Made by a program: the position numbers and the translations under genes. Below the pieces are notes generated by a model. It was given only the letters and a program-made list of their open reading frames with translations. It searched no databases and was not told the DNA's origin. Of a DNA stretch of 64,000 bases, positions 28,195-36,910 are shown in pieces; position 1 is the stretch's first letter; the number at the start of each line of letters is the position of its first letter. The stretch lies in contig JAGBTM010000006.1 in assembly GCA_017631325.1 (NCBI GenBank), forward strand, positions 23,159 to 87,158, written 5' to 3'. Source of the DNA: Clostridia bacterium (GTDB lineage: Bacteria; Bacillota; Clostridia; Oscillospirales; CAG-272).

Positions 28195-30126
28195 TTACAT
28201 AATCAGCTCGTAAAGCTCCAAAAGCTCCTCTTCTATCTCGCTTTTTCTTTTGTCTATTTCAGCGGCGCGTACATAGTTTGTGGCCGCCTCTCCGAATAGC
28301 TCCTCGTCTAAAGATGCGATCTCCTCCTCGAGCCTTGCTACTCGTTCCTTTGCGCGCTCTATTTTTCTTTGCTCTCCGCGTACGCGTGCCTGTTCCCGCT
28401 TCTTTTCCTCGTAGCTTTCCTTGCCCGAGCTCTTTTTATCGCTCTCGGCTGTGGCTTCGCTTCTAAGATGGCGTTCTTCTCTTTTTCTCATATACTCGCC
28501 AAAGGCGTCGTCGTAGCTTTCGAGTGAGTAGTCGTACAGCCCTCTCTCAAATTCGGGGGCTAACTCTATAATTCTGGTTGCAATTTTATTTATGAAATAT
28601 CTGTCGTGCGAAACGGCAACTATCGTGCCGTCAAACGCCTCAAGCGCGTCCTCAAGCGCCTCGCACGAGCCTATATCGAGGTGGTTTGTGGGCTCGTCCA
28701 TAACGAGAAGATTTACCTTTTTCAGTATAAGCTTTGAGAGGGTAAGTCTTGCTCTCTCTCCGCCCGAAAGAGTTGACACGGGTCTGTCTATATCCTCGGC
28801 TCCAAACAAAAAGAGCGCGAGTGTTGAGCGAAGCTCCAGGTCGGTTTTATCGGGGTATTCAGAGCGCAATTCCTCGAAAACGGTGTTACTATCGTTAAGA
28901 CCTCGGTTCTCCTGGTCGTAGTAGCCTATTTTTATATTGTAGCCGAGGGTGATCTTACCCTCGCTTGGAGTAAGGCGCGAATTAATCAGCTTCATTAGAG
29001 TGGATTTTCCCGAACCGTTTCGGCCGAGAAAAAATACTCGCTCGTATCTTCTTATAAGGAAGCTTACGTTTCTTATCAATGGCGCGCCACCGTATGAAAA
29101 GGACACCCCCTTAGCGTCTATGACGTCGCCCGCCGACTGTTCCTCGGTGGCAAACGACATACGGATAGTGCGCTCGTCCTTTACAGATGGGGCGAGCTTC
29201 TCCATTCTCTCAAGCTGCTTTTCCTTTGAGCGTATGGTTACGAAATTGTGCTCGCGATTACATCTGCGCTGAAAATCTATATTGGCGCGGATTTTGGCGA
29301 TTATCTTCTGCTGCTCCTTGTATCGCTTGTCCTGAAGAGCCGCTTCCTTCTCGCACTCCTCCTTGGCGACGGAATACGAGCCGTTGTAAAGCTTCGCCTC
29401 GCCGTAACGGATAGAGAGCGTTTTGGTCGTGGTTTTGTCAAGGAAATACCTGTCGTGCGATACTATCAGAACGGTTTTCTTGTAGCCTGCGATAAAGCTC
29501 TCGAGCCACGCAAGTGCGTCTGTGTCAAGATGGTTGGTCGGCTCGTCTAGCATAAGAACGTCGGGCTCGGTTGCTAAAAGTCTTGCAAGAGCAAGGCGCG
29601 TATACTGTCCGCCCGAAAGCGTTCGTATTTTCTGCGAGAGCTGCTGTTCGGTGTATCCAAGGCGAAGCAGCATACTGCGACAGCGCGAGCGGAACTCAAG
29701 TCCGCCCTCTCGTAAATAGCGTGCGTTCTGCTCGCCAAGGCGTGCACTGAGCGTGATGGTATCTGCCTCGACACCCCTGCCCGCCGATACCGAGAGCTGC
29801 GCCTCCGTTCTCGCTATCTCGCTCTCAAGCTCTAGAAGAGCAGGGAAGGCTGTGTACATATATTCAAGAGCCGAAAGCTCGCCGGGGAGCGAGGTAAGGT
29901 CGGGATTTTGCTGAAGATGTCCGACGGTATAGCCCTTTTGAACGTATACAGCGCCCGAGTCAGCCGTGTATTCGCCGGTGATAACGCGAAAGAGGGAGGT
30001 CTTGCCGGCGCCGTTTACACCGATAATTCCCACCCTGTCGCCGTCGTTTACGGCAAACGAAATATTCTTAAGTATCACGTCGGTCCCAAAGGACAGACAC
30101 ACGTCCTGAGTAGATAAGCTAATCAT
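28195..30126 (-). CDS. ABC-F family ATPase (YdiF/Uup-like, two ABC cassettes and a C-terminal coiled coil)
   Basis: GVNGAGKTS / LSGGQYTRLALA / LMLDEPTNHLD, then GRNGSGKST / LSGGERARL / LVMDEPTNHLD. No TM domain, and the tail is rich in Lys and Glu. Confidence 0.85.
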   Translation of the reverse strand: MISLSTQDVCLSFGTDVILKNISFAVNDGDRVGIIGVNGAGKTSLFRVITGEYTADSGAVYVQKGYTVGHLQQNPDLTSLPGELSALEYMYTAFPALLELESEIARTEAQLSVSAGRGVEADTITLSARLGEQNARYLREGGLEFRSRCRSMLLRLGYTEQQLSQKIRTLSGGQYTRLALARLLATEPDVLMLDEPTNHLDTDALAWLESFIAGYKKTVLIVSHDRYFLDKTTTKTLSIRYGEAKLYNGSYSVAKEECEKEAALQDKRYKEQQKIIAKIRANIDFQRRCNREHNFVTIRSKEKQLERMEKLAPSVKDERTIRMSFATEEQSAGDVIDAKGVSFSYGGAPLIRNVSFLIRRYERVFFLGRNGSGKSTLMKLINSRLTPSEGKITLGYNIKIGYYDQENRGLNDSNTVFEELRSEYPDKTDLELRSTLALFLFGAEDIDRPVSTLSGGERARLTLSKLILKKVNLLVMDEPTNHLDIGSCEALEDALEAFDGTIVAVSHDRYFINKIATRIIELAPEFERGLYDYSLESYDDAFGEYMRKREERHLRSEATAESDKKSSGKESYEEKKREQARVRGEQRKIERAKERVARLEEEIASLDEELFGEAATNYVRAAEIDKRKSEIEEELLELYELIM

Positions 30127-30352
30127 TTAAACCTTCAAGTAAGTTATATAATGTAAGTTGTACGTTTGAGTTATATAAAGTAAGATATACAATCAGAGCA
30201 TTGACAGTATAACTTAAATTAAAATAGATATTCATGTGTATGCGCTTTATAGTATATATAGGAAGAAAATCCCACACATTTCGAAATCCGAGCATTCTCT
30301 TCCATTATAGTATTCTACCATAAACGCAGGAAAAAATCAATATTTCATATTC

Positions 30353-30370
30353 AATGAATAAATATTCACA
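30353..30370. promoter_or_regulatory. Distal ARG-box-like palindrome (AATGAATAAATATTCACA)
   Basis: Matches the ARG box consensus TNTGAATWWWWATTCANW at every core position. TGAATA/TATTCA is a perfect inverted repeat. Confidence 0.5.
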
Positions 30371-30531
30371 AAAAACGCTGCATATTCATTGCATATACTG
30401 CATATTTTAAATATAATTATGATTTTCGCACTAAATATATACGCTAAAAGAATATTTATTTTGGAATGCGTTAGTGCAAATTAGTCAAAAAGGCGCATTT
30501 TTGAGTCCCAAAATCCCGTTTTTTCATCATT

Positions 30532-30570
30532 TTTGAATAAAAATGCAAAAAAAGTGAATTATTTTTCAAA
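30532..30570. promoter_or_regulatory. Tandem ARG boxes (ArgR/AhrC operator-like) abutting the -35 of the ABC-transporter promoter
   Basis: Box A is TTTGAATAAAAATGCAAA (30532-30549), 1 core mismatch. Box B is AGTGAATTATTTTTCAAA (30553-30570), 2 mismatches. The 3-bp gap gives 21 bp centre to centre, as in classical ArgR operators. Confidence 0.55.
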
Positions 30571-30576
30571 AACCTA

Positions 30577-30605
30577 TTGACATTCGCAAAAAGCTGGTGT
30601 ATAAT
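30577..30605 (+). promoter_or_regulatory. Perfect consensus SigA promoter (TTGACA-17-TATAAT)
   Basis: TTGACA at 30577-30582, 17-nt spacer, TATAAT at 30600-30605, 65 nt upstream of ATG 30671. Confidence 0.7.
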
Positions 30606-30670
30606 GTATCCATCTTAAAAAAACACATCGGGGCGAGAAAGATTTGCCGTCCCGAAGAAAGAGGAAAAAA

Positions 30671-31525
30671 ATGAAAAAGGTATTATCACTTATTCTTGCA
30701 GTCGTTCTTTGTCTTGGCTGCACGTTTGCTTTTGCATCCTGCGGCGGAGGCGAGACCTTTGTAAGCAAGGTTGGTGTACAGAAGGGTACCACCAGCGAAA
30801 TGTACGCAAACATTCTTAAGGGCGTTAAGGTTGCTTCCTACGACACATTTGCTCTTGCAGCAAACGATATGAAGAATGGAAACGTTGACTTCGTTATCGT
30901 TGACAAGACCACCGCAAACGCTCTTAGCTCTCAGATTTCCGGTCTTAAGGTTATCGACAACATTCCCCTCTCCAGCGAGAACTATGGTATCGGTATTGAC
31001 CCCGCTCAGACTGCTCTCAAGGGTCAGATAGACGCTATTCTTGAGAACAAGGCAGCCGAGATTCAGGCAATCAAGGACAAGTACATGAACGACGACACAG
31101 ACGCCTTCGTTGGCGTAACCTCTGCTGCTAAGAACGTTGACAACGCAGCAGGTCAGCTCGTTGTAGCTACCAACGCTGAGTTTGCTCCTTGGGAGTATGC
31201 TTCGGGCGCTGAGGACGGCGGCACAGTATATTACGGTATCGATATGGAAATCGCTAAGCTCATCGCTGACGAGCTTAACATGGAGCTTGTTATCGAGGAT
31301 ATGGCGTTCGACAACGTTGTAGGCTCGGTTGGTAAGCAGGGCATCGATATCGCAATGTCCGGTATCACCATCACCGCAGAGCGTCTTGAGGTTATCAACT
31401 TCTCTAACCCCTACTACACCGAATCCATCGTAGTTGTTTGCAAGGCAGACGATACCAGATTTGATTCGTGCGGTACCGTTGTTGACCTTCTCACCATTAT
31501 CTGCGTAGCTTCCGAAGAGGAATAA
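30671..31525 (+). CDS. Amino-acid ABC transporter substrate-binding lipoprotein (family-3 SBP, lobes in permuted order)
   Basis: Start at MKKVLSLILAVVLCLGCTFAFASCGG (lipobox ASC), following AGAGGAAAAAA. The C-lobe-type sequence (KVGVQKGTTSE...NGNVDFVIVD...ENYGIGI) precedes the N-lobe-type sequence (LVVATNAEFAPWEY...GIDMEIAKLIA...MSGITITAER...FSNPYY). Confidence 0.8.
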   Translation: MKKVLSLILAVVLCLGCTFAFASCGGGETFVSKVGVQKGTTSEMYANILKGVKVASYDTFALAANDMKNGNVDFVIVDKTTANALSSQISGLKVIDNIPLSSENYGIGIDPAQTALKGQIDAILENKAAEIQAIKDKYMNDDTDAFVGVTSAAKNVDNAAGQLVVATNAEFAPWEYASGAEDGGTVYYGIDMEIAKLIADELNMELVIEDMAFDNVVGSVGKQGIDIAMSGITITAERLEVINFSNPYYTESIVVVCKADDTRFDSCGTVVDLLTIICVASEEE

Positions 31526-31588
31526 AATTAATAAAAAGGTACTAAAGGCTTAGTTCTTTGAGCTAAGCCTTTAATTTGGTTAATAAAC

Positions 31589-32296
31589 ATGGATAGTTTT
31601 TCCGAAATGTGGCAAGAATTTGTCAAACAGTTCATAACCCGTAAGGGTTACGTAAACGTACTTAACGGCCTCGCTATAACCGTAGAGATCGCTATACTCG
31701 GTCTGCTTATAGGCATAGTTATCGGTACGCTTATCGCGATAGTCAGAGTTATGCCGAAGTACAAGCTCCTACCCCGTGTTCTCGACAAAATATGCGGCTG
31801 CTACGTTGAGCTTTTTCGCGGCACGCCTATGGTTGTTCAGCTTCTTATAGGATATTGGGTACTGCTTCCTGCACTTGACGTGCAGGTAAACTCGGGTGTT
31901 CCAGTAGCTGTTATAGTTTTTGGACTTAACAGTGGCGCGTACGTAAGTGAAATTATGCGAGGCGGTATCAACTCGGTTGACCCCGGTCAGATGGAGGCCG
32001 GCAGAGCCGTCGGCCTGTCATACGCTACTACGATGATGAAGATAGTAGTACCTCAGGCAGTCAAAAATATACTCCCCACGCTTGGTAACGAGTTTATAGT
32101 TCTCATCAAGGAAACGTCGGTAGTAAGCTTTATCGCAGTAACCGACCTTTATAAGTCCTTCAAGCAGCTCGGTGACCCCACCTACAACTACACGGTGCCC
32201 TACCTTATGCTCGCACTGACTTATCTTGTTATGGTGCTGCTCATTTCCGCAGGTGTCAGAGCCTTGGAGACAAAACTGAAGAAGAGTGAGAAATAA
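31589..32296 (+). CDS. Amino-acid ABC transporter permease (His/Glu/Gln/Arg/opine family)
   Basis: 235 aa, about 5 TM segments, with an EAA-type loop: [30 protein letters not shown]. Confidence 0.85.
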   Translation: MDSFSEMWQEFVKQFITRKGYVNVLNGLAITVEIAILGLLIGIVIGTLIAIVRVMPKYKLLPRVLDKICGCYVELFRGTPMVVQLLIGYWVLLPALDVQVNSGVPVAVIVFGLNSGAYVSEIMRGGINSVDPGQMEAGRAVGLSYATTMMKIVVPQAVKNILPTLGNEFIVLIKETSVVSFIAVTDLYKSFKQLGDPTYNYTVPYLMLALTYLVMVLLISAGVRALETKLKKSEK

Positions 32297-32297
32297 T

Positions 32298-33086
32298 ATG
32301 GAAAAAGAAATGGCTTTAAACGACGTCGTGCTTTCTATAAGAGGCCTTAAGAAGCAGTTTGGAAACCTCGAGGTTCTCCACGGCATAGATCTTGATATCA
32401 TCGACGGTGAGCAGATCGCTATTATAGGTCCCTCGGGCTGCGGAAAGTCCACGTTCCTTCGTTGCATAAACTGTATGGAGGACCCGAGCGCAGGAACCAT
32501 TATTTTTGATGGCGAGAACCTTGCGGATATGAAGGTTGATATCAACGTACATAGACAGAAGATTGGAATGGTTTTTCAGCAGTTCAATCTCTTTAATAAC
32601 CTTACGGTGCTTGAGAACATCACCCTCGCGCCTATAACGGTAGCAAAGAAGAAGATTTCGAGATTTGACCGTAAGGGCCTTGCGCAAATCAAAAAGGACG
32701 CAGAAGAAAAGGCCTACGCGCTTCTTCGCCGTATAGGTCTCGAGGAGAAGGCTAACGTCTACCCCTCGACACTCTCGGGTGGACAGAAGCAGAGAATTGC
32801 GATAGTCAGAGCGCTCGCTATGGACCCCAAGGTAATTCTCTTTGACGAGCCAACCTCAGCGCTCGATCCCGAGATGGTAGGCGAGGTTCTCGACCTTATG
32901 CGTTCGCTTGCCGATGAGGGTATGACGATGGTTATCGTTACTCACGAGATGGGCTTTGCGCGTGAGGCCGCAGACAGAATCCTCTTTATCGATGAGGGCG
33001 TAATAAAAGAGGAGGGAACTCCCGCCGAGGTGTTCGATAATCCCCAGCACCCAAGACTTAAGGACTTTCTTTCTAAGGTGCTTTAA
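32298..33086 (+). CDS. Amino-acid ABC transporter ATP-binding protein
   Basis: [24 protein letters not shown] and [11 protein letters not shown] motifs. ATG 32298 has GAGTGAG upstream and is preferred over the GTG at 32286. Confidence 0.9.
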   Translation: MEKEMALNDVVLSIRGLKKQFGNLEVLHGIDLDIIDGEQIAIIGPSGCGKSTFLRCINCMEDPSAGTIIFDGENLADMKVDINVHRQKIGMVFQQFNLFNNLTVLENITLAPITVAKKKISRFDRKGLAQIKKDAEEKAYALLRRIGLEEKANVYPSTLSGGQKQRIAIVRALAMDPKVILFDEPTSALDPEMVGEVLDLMRSLADEGMTMVIVTHEMGFAREAADRILFIDEGVIKEEGTPAEVFDNPQHPRLKDFLSKVL

Positions 33087-33124
33087 TAAACAAGCTTCGT
33101 ACTGATAAAACTAAAAAAATAAAA

Positions 33125-33177
33125 ACGGCTCTCCCGAGTGCTAAATCAATAGCATTTCGGGGGCCGTTTTTTATTTT
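33125..33177. terminator. Terminator hairpin after the ABC operon
   Basis: ACGGC..CCCGA pairs with TCGGG.GCCGT (imperfect, with an inner TGCT/AGCA extension), followed by TTTTTTATTTT. Confidence 0.65.
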
Positions 33178-33227
33178 GGTAGCTTAAAATTACAAAATGC
33201 GTAAAAATTGCTTCGTAATTGCTCTTG

Positions 33228-34163
33228 TTATTTCTCGTATTCTGAGCGCAAAATTTCAAGAGCTGAGGAAAATTCCTTAGGGAGAGGACACTCAAACATC
33301 ATTCTTTCGCGTGTTTTGGGGTGGGTTAAGGAGAGCTTCTTTGCGTGGAGAGCCTGTCCTGCGAAAAGTCCGTTGTGCCTTTGCTCGAATTTGGTTTTGC
33401 CGCCGCCGTAGACCTCGTCACCGAGAAGCGGGTGGCCGGTGTATGACATATGCACTCTGATTTGGTGTGTTCTGCCGGTTTCAAGCCTTAAGGAAAGATA
33501 GCTTACAGCGCCAAAGCGCTCGAGAACCGTATAGTGCGTTCTCGCCTCTCTTGCCGTGCCACCCGACAGCACTACTGCCATCTTCTTTCTGTCCTTTGGA
33601 TTTCTGCCGATAGGATAGTCTACCGTGCCTGTATCCTCGCGAAATCCACCGGACACGAGAGCGTGATACTCCCTTTCTATGCCGTGGTGCTTCATTTCTT
33701 CCGAGAGTGCCGCGTGCGCCTCATCGCATTTCGCTACTACGAGAAGTCCCGAGGTGTCCTTGTCTATTCTGTGTACGATGCCCGGACGCATAACGCCGCC
33801 GATGCCCGATAGACTGTCCTTGCAGTGATAGAGCAGGGCGTTAACAAGCGTTCCCGAATAGTTGCCGGGAGCAGGGTGTACCACCATTCCTTTCGGTTTA
33901 TTGATAACGATTATATACTCGTCCTCGTATACGACCTCAAGCGGTATATTCTCGGCTGTGGCCTCTGCCTCCTTGATTTCGGGCATGGTTATCTCTATTA
34001 TATCGCCCTCGCGAGGTGTGTATTTTTTTTGCACGGGTGTGCCGTTTACGGTTATTTGACCCGAGTCGATAAGCTTTGCTACGGTGCTTCTTGAAAGCTC
34101 GGTTTGCTCGGCAATATAGGAGTCAAGCCTCTCACTTTCCTTAAATTCAACCTCTATTCTCAC
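33228..34163 (-). CDS. rluD: RluA/RluD-family 23S rRNA pseudouridine synthase
   Basis: An N-terminal S4-like segment (RLDSYIAEQTELSRSTVAKLI), the catalytic HRIDKDTSGLLVVAK, and RTHQIRVH. Confidence 0.85.
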   Translation of the reverse strand: MRIEVEFKESERLDSYIAEQTELSRSTVAKLIDSGQITVNGTPVQKKYTPREGDIIEITMPEIKEAEATAENIPLEVVYEDEYIIVINKPKGMVVHPAPGNYSGTLVNALLYHCKDSLSGIGGVMRPGIVHRIDKDTSGLLVVAKCDEAHAALSEEMKHHGIEREYHALVSGGFREDTGTVDYPIGRNPKDRKKMAVVLSGGTAREARTHYTVLERFGAVSYLSLRLETGRTHQIRVHMSYTGHPLLGDEVYGGGKTKFEQRHNGLFAGQALHAKKLSLTHPKTRERMMFECPLPKEFSSALEILRSEYEK

Positions 34164-34183
34164 TCTTTTTGCCTCGCAAAATC

Positions 34184-34735
34184 TTATTTAGAGCCGCTTT
34201 TCTTTGCGTTTTTGCTTTCCTTGATAAATTCGCGTATCAGAACGAAGATGAGAAGTCCCGCTCCGACGCACACGAACGAGTCAGCTATATTAAAGACCGG
34301 GAACTCGCGCCATACAATGCCAAAATCACTGAATACGGGGTACTTTACGAACTTGCAGTGAATGAAGTCCACGACGTACCCAAGAGAGAGCCTGTCTATC
34401 ATATTTCCTATACCGCCCGATATTACGAGCGCTATCGCAAATCCGAACAGAGAGCTGTCCGCGTGACCGAGGTACAAATAGAGCGAGAAGCCTATAATAG
34501 CAACCGTCGACGCTACGATAAAGAGCCATCTTTGGTCTGACATCATGCCGAACGCCGCACCCCTGTTTTCAACGTAGGTAAAGTGAAAAACATTCTCTAT
34601 GAGGGGGAGCGTGTCGATTTTTTTGAGAAATTCAACAGCTAATAGCTTGCTTATTCTGTCTAAAAGTATACCAAGCGCTATGGTGAGCGAATACATCAGG
34701 TACTCGCTGTTTTTCTTTTTTATAAACAGTTTCAT
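34184..34735 (-). CDS. lspA: Lipoprotein signal peptidase II
   Basis: YVENRGAAFG, ISGGIGNMIDR and FPVFNIADS motifs. AAGGAA lies 7 nt upstream of ATG 34735. Confidence 0.9.
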   Translation of the reverse strand: MKLFIKKKNSEYLMYSLTIALGILLDRISKLLAVEFLKKIDTLPLIENVFHFTYVENRGAAFGMMSDQRWLFIVASTVAIIGFSLYLYLGHADSSLFGFAIALVISGGIGNMIDRLSLGYVVDFIHCKFVKYPVFSDFGIVWREFPVFNIADSFVCVGAGLLIFVLIREFIKESKNAKKSGSK

Positions 34736-34770
34736 ATCAAATTCCTTATTTCTTGAGTCGTCTAAAATCG

Positions 34771-35046
34771 CTATATAGCGGGCAGAAGTATCTGCAACAG
34801 ATAAATCACGAGAGATGCGACGAAAAACGACCAGTCTACAGGTGAGCTTTGGCCTATATTGAGCTTATACATCACAAAGCGAACGGGCGCCACAAAGGGC
34901 TCGGTTACGGCTACCGCGATAGCGTACAGTTTACTTTCCTCAACGTCCATAAAAAGAGGCATAAGCATACGCGCGAGTATGCCGAAATAAGCTATATCAA
35001 GAATTATAGAAATAGTTTTTGCTATTATGAATAGTACAGTTTCCAC
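34771..35046 (-). CDS. YggT-family membrane protein
   Basis: 91 aa, with two hydrophobic halves and LARMLMPLF...TEPFVAPVR. It occupies the conserved position next to sepF. Confidence 0.8.
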   Translation of the reverse strand: METVLFIIAKTISIILDIAYFGILARMLMPLFMDVEESKLYAIAVAVTEPFVAPVRFVMYKLNIGQSSPVDWSFFVASLVIYLLQILLPAI

Positions 35047-35126
35047 TAAATTAATCCTGTCTTATAATAGTTTTATAGGGATCGGCGTATAAGCGCTGAT
35101 CCCTTGATGTCCTTATTGGATGATAA

Positions 35127-35555
35127 TCACTCGTCGTCGGAAACGTCAACGTTGTGAGGGGTGATTATAAAGGTGGTGTTGTTGATGTTCTTGATTTCGC
35201 CACCGGTGGTGTAGGTAACGCCGTTGAGGAAGTCGAGCATTCTAATAATATCGTTCATCTCAAGAACCTCGGTGTTGAGAACGACGGTGCAACCTCTGAT
35301 GAGGTAATCCGCAATGTCACTGACCTCGGAAAAGTCTGCGGGGCGAACTATCTTGAATTCAATATTGCTGTCTTGGTCGCTGTTTGCTACCATAGCGGCA
35401 GAGGACTTTTTCTGTACGCTCTCCTCGTACACCTCATCCATAGCGGGCTCGCTCTTGACAGAGGGCTCCTCGTAGGGCTTGAAGGTAAGCTCGGTCTCCT
35501 CGGTTTTTTTGCCAACCTTCTTGATTTTTTCTGCAAATGATTCGAAAACTCCCAT
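35127..35555 (-). CDS. sepF: Cell division protein SepF
   Basis: 142 aa. The C-terminal core reads FKIVRPADFSEVSDIADYLIRGCTVVLNTEVLE...RMLDFLNGVTY. Confidence 0.9.
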   Translation of the reverse strand: MGVFESFAEKIKKVGKKTEETELTFKPYEEPSVKSEPAMDEVYEESVQKKSSAAMVANSDQDSNIEFKIVRPADFSEVSDIADYLIRGCTVVLNTEVLEMNDIIRMLDFLNGVTYTTGGEIKNINNTTFIITPHNVDVSDDE

Positions 35556-35617
35556 TTCTATCTCCTTATTTTTACATAAATTATTTTCTTTTCGTAGTGT
35601 TGTAGCGCCGTCTGAAA

Positions 35618-36307
35618 TTACTTAACGAACAGCCTGCGACCTATACGCACGAGGGTTGAGCCCTCCTCGATAGCTACGCGATAGCTGTCGCTCATTCCCA
35701 TAGAGAGAATACCGTCGCCATACCAGCCGTGCCTTTTTCCAATATCCTCGAAAATCTCTCGCGTCAGGCGAAAATATTTCCTTGAATCCTCGGGTTTTTC
35801 ACACACGGGGCCCATCGTCATAAGTCCCGACACCAAAAGGTGAGGGAAGCTCTTGAGCGCTAGATAAAACTCCTCTGCGCACTCGGGCATAACACCGCCC
35901 TTGTTCTCCTCCCGTCCCGAGTTAATCTCGATAAGTACGGGGACGGTGCGGTCGATTTTTTTAGCCTGTCTCTCGATTTCCTCAGCGAGTGATATAGAGT
36001 CAAGAGAGTGTATGAGCGATACCCTGTCTATGATGTATTTAACTTTGTTTCTTTGCAGATTTCCTATCTCGTGAAGCGAGGGCGAAAGTCCCTCTGCCAA
36101 CAGAAGCTCTGCGCGGCGGCGAAGCTCACCGGGTCTGTTTTCGCCTATATTTTCGGCGCCGTAGCGGACAAGCGCAGAAAGCTCGTCGTCGGTACCGCTC
36201 TTGGTTACTGAGACCAGAGTGATTTTGCGGCCGTATTTACGTTCGTAATCGGAAATCTCGGACAAAACGCTCTCGAGATTTTCCTTGATGTAAGTATAGC
36301 TATCCAT
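35618..36307 (-). CDS. yggS: YggS/YlmE-family PLP homeostasis protein
   Basis: LVSVTKSGTDDEL, GENRPGEL, IGNLQRNK and LSMGMSDSY motifs. Confidence 0.9.
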   Translation of the reverse strand: MDSYTYIKENLESVLSEISDYERKYGRKITLVSVTKSGTDDELSALVRYGAENIGENRPGELRRRAELLLAEGLSPSLHEIGNLQRNKVKYIIDRVSLIHSLDSISLAEEIERQAKKIDRTVPVLIEINSGREENKGGVMPECAEEFYLALKSFPHLLVSGLMTMGPVCEKPEDSRKYFRLTREIFEDIGKRHGWYGDGILSMGMSDSYRVAIEEGSTLVRIGRRLFVK

Positions 36308-36488
36308 ATTAAAAATCCTACTCTTAAATAATTATACCATACGAAAAGACTTAAAATCAAGGGATTTGCCAAATTTTCTTTAAAATATTATTATAGATAT
36401 CTATTGATTTTATAGGGCTTTTGTGATAGAATAAAATAAGCGAAATATTTTCATGAGGGCGCATTGTCCCGCGAAAAACGGAGGTCTT

Positions 36489-36896
36489 ATGCACGACAAA
36501 ATAATAGGAGCAAGTCTGCCGAGCGTGATGGCGCTTTCATACGTCGGGGACGCTGTGCATTCCTTATATATCAGAAAAATGCTTGTAAAGGGCGGACTTT
36601 GTAAGTCGGGCGAGCTTAACGCTGCCGCGCTTGACTACGTCACGGCCGAGGCGCAGGCGAGTGTTATGCGAAGAATAGAGCCTCATCTTTCGGAGGACGA
36701 GCACGCTACTTACAAAAGGGCCTTGAACTCGACCCATCTGAACAAGCCTAAGCACGCGTCGGCTGCTGATTACCGTGCCGCGACGGGCTTTGAGGCCGTG
36801 GTTGGTATGCTCGAGTGGATAGGCGACACGGATAGGCTCTCATACCTTATGGAGCTTGCCTACGGCGACGTCTCAAAATCAAACGATAATAATTAA
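36489..36896 (+). CDS. mrnC: Mini-ribonuclease 3
   Basis: ALSYVGDAVHSLYIRKML and YRAATGFEAVVGML motifs, about 135 aa. ATG 36489 follows GGAGG. Confidence 0.85.
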   Translation: MHDKIIGASLPSVMALSYVGDAVHSLYIRKMLVKGGLCKSGELNAAALDYVTAEAQASVMRRIEPHLSEDEHATYKRALNSTHLNKPKHASAADYRAATGFEAVVGMLEWIGDTDRLSYLMELAYGDVSKSNDNN

Positions 36897-36910
36897 ACAG
36901 GAGATATAAA

